From Cyanobacteria bacterium P01_D01_bin.156 (GTDB lineage Bacteria; Cyanobacteriota; Cyanobacteriia; Phormidesmidales; Phormidesmidaceae): 64,000 nucleotides of DNA. The translations under genes were made by a program, and so were the position numbers. The stretch covers positions 72,736-136,735 of the forward strand of contig JBCCQQ010000008.1 of the NCBI GenBank assembly GCA_039024555.1, written 5' to 3'. Under the pieces are notes generated by a model that was not told where the DNA came from, made no database searches, and was given only the letters and a program-made list of their open reading frames with translations. Positions 37,282 to 45,818 of the stretch are shown piece after piece; the stretch's first letter is position 1; each line of letters begins with the position of its first letter.

Positions 37282-38199
37282 TCAACTTTCTCTTAAGACT
37301 ATTTTAGTTGCTATGAAATTGGCGGCCTGTTGTAGCGAACTTCGAGCCTCCGGAACAAAGCCGTCGAGCATTTGCCAGCTGTGGAAGACGCCAGCGCATA
37401 CCACCAACTCGCTTTCTCCACCGGAAGATTGGACCTTATCATGTACCCGCTTCGCATCGTCGAGAAGGATCTCGGTGTCACCAACCTGAATATGTAGCGG
37501 AGCAATCCCATCTAACCGTCCAAATAGCGGAGATGCGCCTGCTTCGCGCCATTCCTCTGGTCGAGCATAACAACGGGCGAACGCTTGAATATTTTCCGAT
37601 CGGAGCATGGCGCATTTACCATCATTGACGGTGACTGATGCACCACTCCCCGTCAGGTCCGTAGCAGGGGAGAAAAGCACGGCACAGGAAGGTAAAGCTA
37701 GACCTTGATCGCGAATACGAAGCAGGAGCGCTAGGGCTAGTCCGCCCCCGGCGGAGTCACCTGCCAAGGCGATATCGTGATGAGAGACGCCGCTGTTGAT
37801 TAACCATTGGTACGCGGCTTCTGCGTCGTCGAGCGCAGCCGGATACGGAAACTCAGGGGCTAGCCGATACTCGGACGCGAAGACTCTAGCGGGTGTGAGT
37901 CGAGCTAAGGCCGCTGTAATCGGCCGATGAGTCGAGGGCGAACACGAAACGTATCCGCCGCCGTGCAGGTAGAGGATGGTTCGACGGGTTGATGCGCTTG
38001 GGACTATCCACTCACCCGGCGGGTGATGGATCTCGGTGGGCGTTACGGTGACGCCAGCCAAATTGAAGCGTCGAAGGGGGCGCGGTGTGCCAAACAAACG
38101 TCGAGCACGACGTACCATGGACTCGGGTGGTCCCCAATCACGACGTCGGATCAGGACGCGAAGTATCTGAGCTACAAAACGTGCGCGTATACTGCTCAT
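37282..38199 (-). CDS. Alpha/beta hydrolase, HSL-type esterase
   Basis: YLHGGGY, YRLAPE, GDSAGG, EILLDD, FHSW. Confidence 0.9.
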   Translation of the reverse strand: MSSIRARFVAQILRVLIRRRDWGPPESMVRRARRLFGTPRPLRRFNLAGVTVTPTEIHHPPGEWIVPSASTRRTILYLHGGGYVSCSPSTHRPITAALARLTPARVFASEYRLAPEFPYPAALDDAEAAYQWLINSGVSHHDIALAGDSAGGGLALALLLRIRDQGLALPSCAVLFSPATDLTGSGASVTVNDGKCAMLRSENIQAFARCYARPEEWREAGASPLFGRLDGIAPLHIQVGDTEILLDDAKRVHDKVQSSGGESELVVCAGVFHSWQMLDGFVPEARSSLQQAANFIATKIVLRES

Positions 38200-38286
38200 C
38201 AGAGTACTGTATCGAATGGCTCGCTGAAGAGTGTGGAATTCGCCTTCCTAAAAGAGTAGGGTCGTGATCAAATTTAGAATTCTCCC

Positions 38287-39459
38287 TTACCGTCTCGCCA
38301 AAACCTGCTGATTTGAGTTTATCCCTAACAACAGTACTATCGCTAAGATTGTTGTGGTCACACTAAAATAAAAGGGCGCAGCGACTGATACTTGGGTATA
38401 GAGCCATCCTGCAATCAAGCTAGCGGGCAGTGTAGCTAACCCAATCAACATATGAAAGGTGCCAACCTCCGCACCGCGCCGATCGGGATTTACCAGATCG
38501 GCAACAAATGCTTTTTGCACACCCCGCGTCAGAGTGGAATAAAGACCATAAAACATAAAAAGGCCCCATACTATTTCAGCCTTTTGGGCCAGGGCAAAGC
38601 CCAGGTATACCAAAGCAAAAACTCCATAGCCCGCTATTAATAAAGGACGACGGCCAATACGATCTGATAGTCGCCCCGCAGTGAAGCCTAAAAAGGTTTC
38701 TACTAGGTTAAACACTGCATAAAGCAACAACAATTGACTACCTGTAAGGCCCAGATCTTGAGATCGCAGTAACAAAAACGCATCCGACGAGTTCCCTAAA
38801 CTAAACAGCCCCACCACCAGCAAAAACTGCCGATAGGCTGGGCTGAGTCCTTTTAGCGTAAATTGCGGTCGCGATCGCGGCTTAGTATCACGCCTTGGTT
38901 CCCGCACCCACTTTAAAAGTACGAATACCCCCAGCAGGGCTGGGATAAACGCAAACGCAAACACCCCTCGATATCCCACCTGGCTCAATAACAACAGACC
39001 CAACAGGGGACCCAGTACTTCTCCAACCGTTTCCAGGCTATGGTGTAGCCCAAACGCTTGGCCTCGCTGTTCCGGTGCACAGTTTTCCGTAATCAGCACA
39101 TCCCGTGGAGCCGCCCGCAATCCTTTACCAAGACGGTCCACCAGTCTAGCGGCTAGCACCATCCCCCAACCGCTAGCTGCTGCTAACCCCAGCTTAGAGA
39201 GTGCTCCCAAACCATAGCCTGTTACTGCAAAGGGCTTACGTTGACCCACCCGATCCGACAGCCAACCAGAATAGAGCTTTAACAAACTGGCTGTACTCTC
39301 AGCAATGCCCTCAATTACCCCTACCGTCCATACTGGAGCCCCTAAAACCGATGTTAGAAAAATCGGTGTAATCGGGTACACCATTTTGCTAGCAAAATCA
39401 GTGCAAAGACTTACCCAGCCGAGGGCACGTACTGTCGGCGACAGCGTCGATTTAGGCAT
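38287..39459 (-). CDS. MFS transporter
   Basis: GWLSDRVGQRKP and GRLSDRIGRRP motif A copies; about 12 hydrophobic segments. Confidence 0.9.
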   Translation of the reverse strand: MPKSTLSPTVRALGWVSLCTDFASKMVYPITPIFLTSVLGAPVWTVGVIEGIAESTASLLKLYSGWLSDRVGQRKPFAVTGYGLGALSKLGLAAASGWGMVLAARLVDRLGKGLRAAPRDVLITENCAPEQRGQAFGLHHSLETVGEVLGPLLGLLLLSQVGYRGVFAFAFIPALLGVFVLLKWVREPRRDTKPRSRPQFTLKGLSPAYRQFLLVVGLFSLGNSSDAFLLLRSQDLGLTGSQLLLLYAVFNLVETFLGFTAGRLSDRIGRRPLLIAGYGVFALVYLGFALAQKAEIVWGLFMFYGLYSTLTRGVQKAFVADLVNPDRRGAEVGTFHMLIGLATLPASLIAGWLYTQVSVAAPFYFSVTTTILAIVLLLGINSNQQVLARR

Positions 39460-40231
39460 GCTTTGGTACTGATTGCAGCAGCTTTTGAGGCGTCTTTGTG
39501 GGTAGAGCTACTTTTGGTAATAATTTTGTTGGACTAGCCTGCATTTTTTGGTTTAGCAATGCCTGGAACTGCTCGTTTAGTAGACGCTGACGCATAGCCT
39601 CATCAAGCCTAGCAGGAACAAATTTTTCCAACCTAACAATCACTAGCCAATCACCCAATTTTTCAGGTGGCCATAGCTCCTGCGGCTCAATTATTTGCAA
39701 AATTCTTGCCAAATTGGGGTGAAGGGTACCTAGCTCAACGGGGCCTACCATGCCACCGGTCTGCGCTTCCTTCCCTTGAGAATACTGCTTCGCTAAGTTT
39801 GCAAATGACACTTTATCGTCGCGTAGGCGAAAGTATAGTTCTTGGGCTAAGGAAACATCCTTAGTGCGAAGCAGCGAGTAGATGGCTCGGTCATACTTGG
39901 CCTTGTTTTGCATAAAGATCGACTGAATCTGAGAACCCCAAGTATCTTCCTTAAACCGATGCAATCGATAGGCACGCAGCGCTTCAGCAACTAAATGCTG
40001 AGGTTCTAACTGATGCTGCTGACACCAGGCTTGACGCTGTTCGTCACTAAGCAAGTTATTTTGGGTGCAATAGTACTCGTAGGCGACCTGCTGATCGCAG
40101 GTAATGCCACCGATGAGCTGATCAATCACTAGCTCTTTTACTAGCTGTGGCAACAGACGATACTGCCGAATTTTTTGTACCAGCTCCGGAGTGTTGAGAA
40201 TTTGAGCTCCAACTTGGATAGCGGGTTCCAT
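39452..40231 (-). CDS. PpiC/parvulin-type peptidyl-prolyl isomerase (cyanobacterial secretion-associated type)
   Basis: YSLLRT...AQELYFRL, FANLAKQYSQG.E..TGG..GP; ATG 40231 (or GTG 40246). Confidence 0.82.
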   Translation of the reverse strand: MEPAIQVGAQILNTPELVQKIRQYRLLPQLVKELVIDQLIGGITCDQQVAYEYYCTQNNLLSDEQRQAWCQQHQLEPQHLVAEALRAYRLHRFKEDTWGSQIQSIFMQNKAKYDRAIYSLLRTKDVSLAQELYFRLRDDKVSFANLAKQYSQGKEAQTGGMVGPVELGTLHPNLARILQIIEPQELWPPEKLGDWLVIVRLEKFVPARLDEAMRQRLLNEQFQALLNQKMQASPTKLLPKVALPTKTPQKLLQSVPKHA

Positions 40232-40256
40232 AGGCAGATACTGCACTCTAATGACT

Positions 40257-40275
40257 ATTAAAACTAAGTCTCAAT
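40257..40275. promoter_or_regulatory. Weak Fur-like box upstream of the PPIase-MFS genes
   Basis: ATTAAAACTAAGTCTCAAT. Confidence 0.35.
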
Positions 40276-40491
40276 AAACTTATTATGCTATTAGATTACC
40301 ATCCTTAAAACCGGAGTAATCTCACACAGTGTCTAGACTACTACTTATGTAATGGAAGCATTAGGTCGTAACTGCTCAGGATAAAAGGTTTAGCATTTTT
40401 TTACTATTCCATCTTCTCAAGGCACACGAACCTATTAAGCATACTCAAAGACATATCTGACCATAGGGAAGCCCAAATCGCTATTGAGTTT

Positions 40492-40510
40492 ATTGAGAAA
40501 GTTTTGCAAT
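40492..40510. promoter_or_regulatory. Fur-like box upstream of the small Cys-rich protein
   Basis: ATTGAGAAAGTTTTGCAAT, 19-bp ATTG...CAAT imperfect palindrome 40 nt before ATG 40551. Confidence 0.6.
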
Positions 40511-40550
40511 AATTTAGGCGCCCCACCATCAACAGGAATACAAAACAGGG

Positions 40551-40850
40551 ATGAACGACATTATCACCACCTGTTCAATCATCGTTGCCATCATCATGGG
40601 GCCTTTGTTGCTTCTGTGTCTAATGGCTTGGTTTACTGTACAAGCATTTGTAGATATCAAAACCAAAGCACTACAGATCTACTTACAACGCTCCACCCCT
40701 TGTGGTCGTTGTGCTTACTACACAGGCTGCAAAGAACTAGCCTGTGCTGTACACCCCTACTTAGCCTTGACACAGGCGGCAAAAGATTGCCGAGATTTTA
40801 CTGCAGCAGAGACAATTATTCCACCAGCTACTGATTGCTACAAGTATTGA
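40551..40850 (+). CDS. Small membrane-anchored Cys-rich protein (cyanobacterial CxxC...CAVHP...C type, DUF6464-like)
   Basis: N-terminal TM segment; PCGRCAYY....LACAVHP........CRDF. Confidence 0.7.
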   Translation: MNDIITTCSIIVAIIMGPLLLLCLMAWFTVQAFVDIKTKALQIYLQRSTPCGRCAYYTGCKELACAVHPYLALTQAAKDCRDFTAAETIIPPATDCYKY

Positions 40851-40894
40851 CAGGGAAAGTATGTAGCCTTTCGTACAGCTATTAGACCATTAAC

Positions 40895-41971
40895 CTAAAT
40901 CGGTATTGCTTTAACTGAGTATTGCTGCACAGGAACCAGCGGTTGGTCTGTTCCAGATTTCATCTGACTGAGTACAGAGTGGCTTACCTCCACTCGTACC
41001 CTATAGGTTTTAATTATCGCTCTCTCATGCCAAGAGATTTCAACGTCTGCCCAGGTCAATTTCCGTTCTAATTTCTTGAGTAAAATCTGAGCACGAATAT
41101 GGGGAATCCAGGGTAGAACCCATCGCAGGAACTGGTGTATGAATTTTCCCGGATCTCGTCTAATTACCCTGGCTAGTTTCGGTTTATGTAGCCAAGACCA
41201 TCCCTGCTGCATCCACAGGTCCCGTTCCGCAACTTGCTCCCAATGGGAAAAGCCAGTCCAGCCTCGGTAAAACAAGCGTAATTCAGAAATATCTCCCCGA
41301 CGATAAACTAGACTGTCTAACGCATCTGGCTCCAAATGCCCCCAAAATTGCCCCATGGGAAAGTCAATCAGCGTTGGTGCAAAGTTATGCCCTCCAAAGT
41401 GAGATGTTTGCCATATCTGCAGCTGTCCGTCCTGGGCATAGCGTTCTCGCAATGTCCGATATAAGGGAGTACCAAACCGTCCACAAGCGACATCATAGTG
41501 GGTGTGGGTACATACAAAAAGATTGCGAGTAAATGGCTGCTGATAGGCTGAGAATGTTTCTATCTGGGCGGGTTGAAGGGTCAGACTTTGAACTAAATTA
41601 GCAATTTTTTGGCGCGGTACCCAGTAATGTTGCTGGGTATAGTCTGCGACAGGCCCCCGGGGTTTGCGATAAAAAAATATGTGACAGCGATCCGGAGTTG
41701 AATGGTGTTTATCAGGAGCGATCGCAACAATCCGCAATCGCTTCCACAGCTTTGGCTTTCTTTCAATCTGCTGAAATACCTCCTGGAGCTCCGACAATTG
41801 ATCCTGCCAGGGGTTTTTCGCCCACGGTTGAGGCACCTCAATGAACATCCACTGATCTGCCACAACAGCGCTACCGATGGGATCTTCTTGATTAGCCTTG
41901 GAAGCTACCGAACAATACCGACAAGGTGAGTCAGTAGAAACTGACGTCGCCAAAGAGTGGTGAGCGGCCAT
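40895..41971 (-). CDS. Sucrase/ferredoxin-like (Apd1-type 2Fe-2S) protein
   Basis: CRYCS..S....EDPIGSA, FVCTH..YDVACG, SHFGGHNFAPT. Confidence 0.85.
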   Translation of the reverse strand: MAAHHSLATSVSTDSPCRYCSVASKANQEDPIGSAVVADQWMFIEVPQPWAKNPWQDQLSELQEVFQQIERKPKLWKRLRIVAIAPDKHHSTPDRCHIFFYRKPRGPVADYTQQHYWVPRQKIANLVQSLTLQPAQIETFSAYQQPFTRNLFVCTHTHYDVACGRFGTPLYRTLRERYAQDGQLQIWQTSHFGGHNFAPTLIDFPMGQFWGHLEPDALDSLVYRRGDISELRLFYRGWTGFSHWEQVAERDLWMQQGWSWLHKPKLARVIRRDPGKFIHQFLRWVLPWIPHIRAQILLKKLERKLTWADVEISWHERAIIKTYRVRVEVSHSVLSQMKSGTDQPLVPVQQYSVKAIPI

Positions 41972-42049
41972 TATGAATAGATTACTCAGCTAAAGGATTA
42001 ACTTAACGTTAGGATACTAATCCTGAACACCCCTACAGACTAATGCATC

Positions 42050-42775
42050 ATGAGCAGCTGGATAGTCTGTCCATACCCAAAATCGCATCCCAAAATCAGA
42101 CTGTTGTGTTTTGCCCATGCAGGCGGTTCTGCATGGATGTTCCGCACCTGGGCAAAACAATTGCCAGAGACCGTTGAAGTGTATGCCATCGAACTGCCTG
42201 GCCGGGGCAAACGTATAACAGAAGCCCCTCTCAAACGTGTCACCTCTATTATTGAAAAGCTAGGTCCTGAGGTCCTGCCTTACTTGAATCTTCCTTTTGC
42301 CTGCTTTGGTCACAGTCTAGGCGCCCTTATTGCCTTTGAACTGTGCCGATGGCTTAGACATAGTGTACAGCTAACCCCTCTACATTTATGGGTTTCTGCA
42401 GCCCAAGCTCCCCACCTCCCGGCAGAAAGAACCCTCATGCACACCCTACCCGACGCAGCATTTATCGATGAACTAAAACGCTATAAGGGTACCCCTGAAA
42501 ATATTTTGAACAACGCAGAGATGATGGCCCTCGTACTTCCCATCCTCCGCGCTGACTTTACTGTCCTAGAGACCTATAAATACCAACCTGGTATGCCACT
42601 AACTTGTCCCGTTACAGGCTTTTGGGGTCGCCAAGACACTATCGTTAGTCAGGAACAAGTTGCCGCTTGGGCAATTCATTCTCAAAACTTTTCATTGGAA
42701 GCTATTGATGGGGATCACTTTTTTGTACAGCAACCACTATTTGCCACCAAACTATTGCCAGCACTGGCTACTTAA
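42050..42775 (+). CDS. Type II (editing) thioesterase
   Basis: CFAHAGG, ELPGRG, FGHSLG, LRADF, GDHFF. Confidence 0.92.
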   Translation: MSSWIVCPYPKSHPKIRLLCFAHAGGSAWMFRTWAKQLPETVEVYAIELPGRGKRITEAPLKRVTSIIEKLGPEVLPYLNLPFACFGHSLGALIAFELCRWLRHSVQLTPLHLWVSAAQAPHLPAERTLMHTLPDAAFIDELKRYKGTPENILNNAEMMALVLPILRADFTVLETYKYQPGMPLTCPVTGFWGRQDTIVSQEQVAAWAIHSQNFSLEAIDGDHFFVQQPLFATKLLPALAT

Positions 42776-43788
42776 CTAACCTGCTCTGTGGCATAGGCTA
42801 TCTTCAAGGATTCAACCGATAGACCAGATGATGCGATCACACGCTGGCATCGAGCAATATCCGCATCTCCTCCGTATACATTCCGTTCAAGTCTATGGGC
42901 CGTGTATAGAATTTCAGGGTGGGGTAGCCACGGCAAAATAACCTGATCCTTAGGGCTAGACAATAAACAAAGCAGCTGCTCCAGTTTCTCTAACGAGAAT
43001 TCATCCTGGGGCAACACTACTACATTATCCACCTGCTCCACTAGCCAATCATGATCCCAGTCACTTCCGGTAAATGCAATTGCCAGCTTTGCTGTTGGCG
43101 CTGCATCAATAAATGAACAATCTGCTGTATCACCACAAAAAATCATATGCTTACCCCCCAGGCGATACCATCCCGGCTCAACGTTTAATGCCAGCTCATG
43201 GGACATAGCTAGAGATGACGAGGGCAGCGACTGTAGTTTTGCCTGTCTGGCTTTCCCTGGGATAACCCGAATAATTTCTGACTCAGATATGGGGACGTCA
43301 TCAAAATTGGGAATCCCATCATCGTCTTTAGCTACAGCAGCCGACTTTAGATGCTTCACCTTTTTAATGGCTGTCCGTAGCTCATTCGCCGTAATTTTCT
43401 TACCCTGTTCAGCAGCTTCTAACACCTCGTTCCGTAGGTCTTCAGGTACAGACGGTGATGCTAGCTGATACAACAGAGACGTCGCTATGTCGACTTTTGC
43501 AAGATTTGCAAATCTATCGCCAAAGGTTTCATAGACCTTAATAAAGTTGTACGCCGTTCGCTGACTCCAACCAAACTCAGCCTTTAGCCAGGTAAGAAAT
43601 TGGCCGTACTGCAGCCGCGATCTCACATCTGATAGCTTCTCACCAATTTCCCAAACATCCTGAGCCGATCGCCGTAACCGCTCTCGAATTTCCCCAGTAC
43701 GCTGCTGAATAATCGAACGCTGTGATACATCTAAGCTGCCATAGTCAAACAGCGCACTAATTGATGAAGCCTTAGAACCACGAGCCAT
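42772..43788 (-). CDS. DUF3102-domain protein with a C-terminal methylase-like stub
   Basis: EIGEKL..VR..L.YGQFLTWLKAEFGWS.RTAYNF; later WYRLGGKHMIFCGD. Confidence 0.72.
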   Translation of the reverse strand: MARGSKASSISALFDYGSLDVSQRSIIQQRTGEIRERLRRSAQDVWEIGEKLSDVRSRLQYGQFLTWLKAEFGWSQRTAYNFIKVYETFGDRFANLAKVDIATSLLYQLASPSVPEDLRNEVLEAAEQGKKITANELRTAIKKVKHLKSAAVAKDDDGIPNFDDVPISESEIIRVIPGKARQAKLQSLPSSSLAMSHELALNVEPGWYRLGGKHMIFCGDTADCSFIDAAPTAKLAIAFTGSDWDHDWLVEQVDNVVVLPQDEFSLEKLEQLLCLLSSPKDQVILPWLPHPEILYTAHRLERNVYGGDADIARCQRVIASSGLSVESLKIAYATEQVS

Positions 43789-43878
43789 AACAGAACCTAT
43801 AGGGCAGTAATAAATAAGCTGCAGGTCATTATGTTTTATAAGAAAACAAATTACCTACGAATTTATAACCAAAACTAA

Positions 43879-43897
43879 CTTGAAAATTTATTCCAAG
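43879..43897. promoter_or_regulatory. Fur-like box in the divergent DUF3102/ABC promoter region
   Basis: CTTGAAAATTTATTCCAAG (extends to ACTTG...CAAGT). Confidence 0.45.
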
Positions 43898-44060
43898 TCC
43901 ACATTTATGTTATCCGATTGACTTGACTTCACACGAATAACATGCAGTTTAATTTTTTGATATGCCTTATTGAAACAGTAGCCAATCAATTTATTAGGAT
44001 TATTTTTTGGTAGTTCCTATGATGAATACAGACGCATTTTAGTTTCCAAGGATTATGTGA

Positions 44061-45743
44061 ATGCTTCAACTGTTTGAGCGCGTTAGCCAACCGCTCTGGC
44101 AAATAATCCAGTTTTACTGGATGCACGCCGCCTCTCAACAAAAGAGAACTGCCAGCCTTTGCCTATTATTACTCGTAGCTCTATCAGCTATTAGTAGTAG
44201 TTTCTTAGTTTTTGAAAGTCTACAGCGAGGAGAATTTATTTCAGCTCTGGCAGCTCGGGACCCACAACGATTTCAAACCACCCTATCTCTTTTTATCGGC
44301 ATCCTCCTGGCGAGCGCACTTTTTCTCTCCATTAGTACCTACGTTCGAGATCGTCTAGGTTTGCACTGGCGGCGCTGGTTAACTCGTTATCTGCTGACAT
44401 CTTATTTGAGCCAGCGACGGTTCTATTACTTGTCTGATGATATCGATAATCCTGACCAGCGCATGGCTGAGGATATTAAACACATTACCCAAACATCTGT
44501 TTTTATTCTGTCCACGTTACTGGAATCTGGCATTCAACTCATTGGCTTTATTGGGGTGTTGTGGTCAGTTTCTTTGGGGCTAACAGGCTTTTTAAGTTTT
44601 TATGCACTCACTGGAAGTGCGATCGCAACATTCTTTTTCGGCAAACGACTCACCCGCATCAACGCTGAGCAGCTCAAACGAGAAGCCAACTTTCGCTTCG
44701 GCCTAATTGATATTCAAGAAAATGGCGAATCTATCGCTTTTTATCAAGGTCAAACCTACGCTAAGCAAGACAGTCATCAGCGTTTTGGCCAAGTCGTTGA
44801 AAACTTTAACCGCTTTATCCGCTGGCAGTTGGGCCTAGATTGTTTCCAAAATGGTTATCAATATCTCACCTTTATTATTCCTAGTTTGATTCTGGCTCCA
44901 CAAATTCTGTCAGGCAATATAGAAGTAGGAGCTGTTGTTCAATCCCAAGCAGCCTTTGACCGTATCTGGCTCTCTCTCAGTTTAGTAGTTGTACAGTTTG
45001 AACAGCTCACCACTTTAGCCGCCAGTATTGATCGGCTTAATCAGTTAATCCAAGGACTAGAAGTAACTGATACCATCAATCACCCCATCAAAGTATTACC
45101 GAGTTCTCAAATCAGAACACAAAACCTCACCTTAGAACTGCCAGAGACTCAACGCACTCTTGTTAATCAGCTCTCTTTCACGGTTGAAGCGAATCAAAAT
45201 CTTTTAATCACGGGTCCCAGCGGTGTTGGCAAAAGCTCCCTAATCAGGGCTATCGCCGGACTTTGGACTACTGGTCAGGGAATCGTCCAATGTCCCTCGG
45301 ACGATATTCTATTTTTGCCTCAGCGTCCATATCTAGTATTAGGGACCCTGCGACAACAGCTTCTATATCCCAAAATAAATTCTAACCTAGCAGATCAAGA
45401 ACTACTGTCTCTTCTGAAAACTGTACGGCTAGATGGCCTAACCGACCTAGAACAACAGCAAGATTGGTCCCAAAGGCTATCTACAGGGGAACAACAGCGA
45501 TTGGCCTTTGCTCGGCTCTTGGTTACTCAACCTGCCTATGCGCTACTGGACGAAGCTACCAGCGCTCTATCAGTTCACCAGGAACAACATCTCTACCAAC
45601 AGCTAGCCACTAAACCTATCACTTATATCAGTATTGGCCATCGTCCAAGTCTTTTAGACTACCACCACCAAGTTTTAACCCTAAATAAAGACCACAGTTG
45701 GAATCTGCAGTCAGCAAAAACTTATAAAGAATTTGCCATCTAA
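44061..45743 (+). CDS. ABC transporter fused permease/ATPase (ABCD/YddA/McyH-like)
   Basis: DNPDQR, EANFR..L....ENGESIAFY, Walker A GPSGVGKSS, LSTGEQQRLAFAR, LLDEATSAL. Confidence 0.92.
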   Translation: MLQLFERVSQPLWQIIQFYWMHAASQQKRTASLCLLLLVALSAISSSFLVFESLQRGEFISALAARDPQRFQTTLSLFIGILLASALFLSISTYVRDRLGLHWRRWLTRYLLTSYLSQRRFYYLSDDIDNPDQRMAEDIKHITQTSVFILSTLLESGIQLIGFIGVLWSVSLGLTGFLSFYALTGSAIATFFFGKRLTRINAEQLKREANFRFGLIDIQENGESIAFYQGQTYAKQDSHQRFGQVVENFNRFIRWQLGLDCFQNGYQYLTFIIPSLILAPQILSGNIEVGAVVQSQAAFDRIWLSLSLVVVQFEQLTTLAASIDRLNQLIQGLEVTDTINHPIKVLPSSQIRTQNLTLELPETQRTLVNQLSFTVEANQNLLITGPSGVGKSSLIRAIAGLWTTGQGIVQCPSDDILFLPQRPYLVLGTLRQQLLYPKINSNLADQELLSLLKTVRLDGLTDLEQQQDWSQRLSTGEQQRLAFARLLVTQPAYALLDEATSALSVHQEQHLYQQLATKPITYISIGHRPSLLDYHHQVLTLNKDHSWNLQSAKTYKEFAI

Positions 45744-45818
45744 AATAGCTGTCTTTTTCTATTGATAGACCTATCAATATCTGCATCTTAACTCTCCTTG
45801 CTCCCTGTCTCCACCTTC

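Noticed and set aside
40484..40834. 116-aa His-rich ORF
   Set aside because: Alternate frame of the 40551-40850 gene, with a TTG start running through the Fur-like box.
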